A DNA stretch of 64,000 nt from positions 8,089-72,088 of the forward strand of contig CAZEEV010000001.1 in NCBI GenBank assembly GCA_964511345.1, in the 5' to 3' direction. The notes beneath the pieces are model-generated. The model made no database searches. It was given only the letters and a program-made list of their open reading frames with translations, and had not been told where the DNA came from. This document shows positions 62,616-64,000 of this stretch, piece by piece. This stretch comes from an uncultured Pseudomonadales bacterium. GTDB taxonomy: Bacteria > Patescibacteriota > Microgenomatia > UBA1400 > PJMF01. The position numbers were made by a program, and so were the translations under genes. Position 1 is the first letter of the stretch. Each line of letters starts with the position of its first letter.

Positions 62616-62942
62616 ATGAGTGCTATACATTTAGATAATAACAATTTTCAAAGTGTTGTTGAAGGTGGCAAGGGTGTGGTTTTAGTAGATTTTTTTGCCA
62701 CTTGGTGTGGACCATGTCAAATGTCGGCTCCAATTGTTGATAAGATGGCAGATGACTATGCTGATAAAGCTAAAATTGTTAAAGTTGATGTTGATCAGGC
62801 TAGAGAACCTGCGACCAAGTATGGTGTGATGAGTATTCCTACTTTTATCATTTTCAAAGATGGCCAAGAAATGGATCGTCAAACTGGTTTTCCTGGAGAA
62901 GCAGCTTTGAAAGCGATGATAGACAAAGCTTTAGCAAGTTAG
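62616..62942 (+). CDS. trxA: Thioredoxin
   Basis: DFFATWCGPC, VMSIPT. Confidence 0.96.
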   Translation: MSAIHLDNNNFQSVVEGGKGVVLVDFFATWCGPCQMSAPIVDKMADDYADKAKIVKVDVDQAREPATKYGVMSIPTFIIFKDGQEMDRQTGFPGEAALKAMIDKALAS

Positions 62943-62964
62943 AATAAATTAAAGGAATTGTGTC

Positions 62965-63978
62965 ATGATGAAACTGCAAATTGCAATTATTGGTTCTGGT
63001 CCGGCAGGATTAACGGCTGCTGTTTATACTTCTCGTGCTCGTTTAGCAACTACCCTATTTGCAGGTATGGAAATTGGTGGGCAATTAATGTACACCAGTG
63101 ACATTGAAAATTTTCCAGGATTTCCAGAGGGTAAAGCTGGCCCCATCTTAATGATGGATTTGCAAAAACAAGCAGCACGCTTCGGCACAGACATTAAGTA
63201 TGAATTTATTACTGCCGTGGATTTTTCCAAAAAACCTTTTTCACTTTGGACTAGTTTGCCAGAAGGTGTGGGTTATCAGCAGTTCAAATCACTCAAAGGC
63301 GATGATTTATTAAAAGCGATGGCTCAAATTCGTCAAAGTGAAGCTAACTATCAGGCGGAGACGGTGATTGTGGCTACTGGAGCGGGAAGTGTGATGTTGG
63401 GTGTCCCTGGCGAACAAGAATATTTTGGTCATGGAGTCAGTACTTGTGCAGTCTGTGACGCTGCTTTCTATAAAGACAAAAATGTTTATGTGGTTGGCGG
63501 TGGGGACAGTGCTATGGAAGATGCTACTGCCTTAGCTAAATTTACCAATACAGTGACCATTCTTTATCGTGGTGAAGCATTTCGAGCTAGTAAAATCATG
63601 CAGGAGAGGGTGTTAAATAATCCCAATATTAAAGTTTTGTGGAATACCAATCTTCAAGAAATTTTAGGTGATGGCAAGACAGTGCAGAAAATTAAAATTG
63701 AAACCAAGGGTCAATCTCAAGAATTAAGCGCAGAAGGAGTTTTTTTAGCGATTGGTCACAAGCCTAACACGAATTTATTTCTAGAGCAGCTTGAATTGGA
63801 TCGAGCTGGATATATTCAATTAGCCAAACATGATGTCTATTCGACGCAAACTTCTGTAGAGGGAGTTTTTGCGGCTGGTGATGTGGCTGATCATCGTTAT
63901 CGTCAAGCCATTGTTTCGGCGGGTATGGGCACTCAAGCGGCTTTAGATGTTGAACATTATTTGCTTAATCATGAATAG
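62965..63978 (+). CDS. trxB: Thioredoxin reductase
   Basis: GSGPAG, IENFPG, CAVCD, GGGDSA, FAAGDV. Confidence 0.96.
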   Translation: MMKLQIAIIGSGPAGLTAAVYTSRARLATTLFAGMEIGGQLMYTSDIENFPGFPEGKAGPILMMDLQKQAARFGTDIKYEFITAVDFSKKPFSLWTSLPEGVGYQQFKSLKGDDLLKAMAQIRQSEANYQAETVIVATGAGSVMLGVPGEQEYFGHGVSTCAVCDAAFYKDKNVYVVGGGDSAMEDATALAKFTNTVTILYRGEAFRASKIMQERVLNNPNIKVLWNTNLQEILGDGKTVQKIKIETKGQSQELSAEGVFLAIGHKPNTNLFLEQLELDRAGYIQLAKHDVYSTQTSVEGVFAAGDVADHRYRQAIVSAGMGTQAALDVEHYLLNHE

Positions 63979-64000
63979 AAGAATTATTTTAGCCTCACAA

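Noticed and set aside
572-63230. Many 60-140 aa antisense or overlapping ORFs in the ORF track (e.g. 16413-16844, 17959-18282, 32761-33063, 39045-39353, 54945-55355)
   Set aside because: Shadow frames of longer, better-supported genes with no recognisable motifs

Overview
AT-rich, very compact bacterial chromosomal segment. Gene content, PT-repeat/FN3 surface proteins, a sortase and pervasive leaderless -10/ATG starts suggest a Patescibacteria (CPR), probably Microgenomates-like, genome; this taxonomy is an inference. About 70 CDS (dus, UvrD-nuclease fusion, map, rpoD, DEAD-box helicase, glmS, queA, typA, rarA, purA/purB, zwf/gnd, dnaG, trxA/trxB, others) and three tRNAs (Asn-GTT, Arg-GCG, Ser-CGA). 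No CRISPR array, rRNA, integrase or transposase was seen. The main signal is non-coding. (1) Two self-contained transcription units (about 18743-19333 and 54043-55291) share one design: the box TATCCTATAA(T/C)A fused to a consensus -35/-10 promoter, a leader made of hairpins, a pyrimidine tract plus a real Shine-Dalgarno, an orphan ORF that is itself rich in hairpins, and a 3' hairpin capped by CC-GCAA-GG. The same box also marks promoters of the DEAD-box helicase, the sortase and a sortase substrate. (2) The rpoD 5' leader is a 161-nt, 6S-RNA-like rod closed by a perfect 21-bp stem. (3) A 164-nt element with perfect 25-bp terminal inverted repeats lies at the end of queA. (4) A variant glmS ribozyme precedes glmS. 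All structures were paired by eye; no folding program or database search was run.
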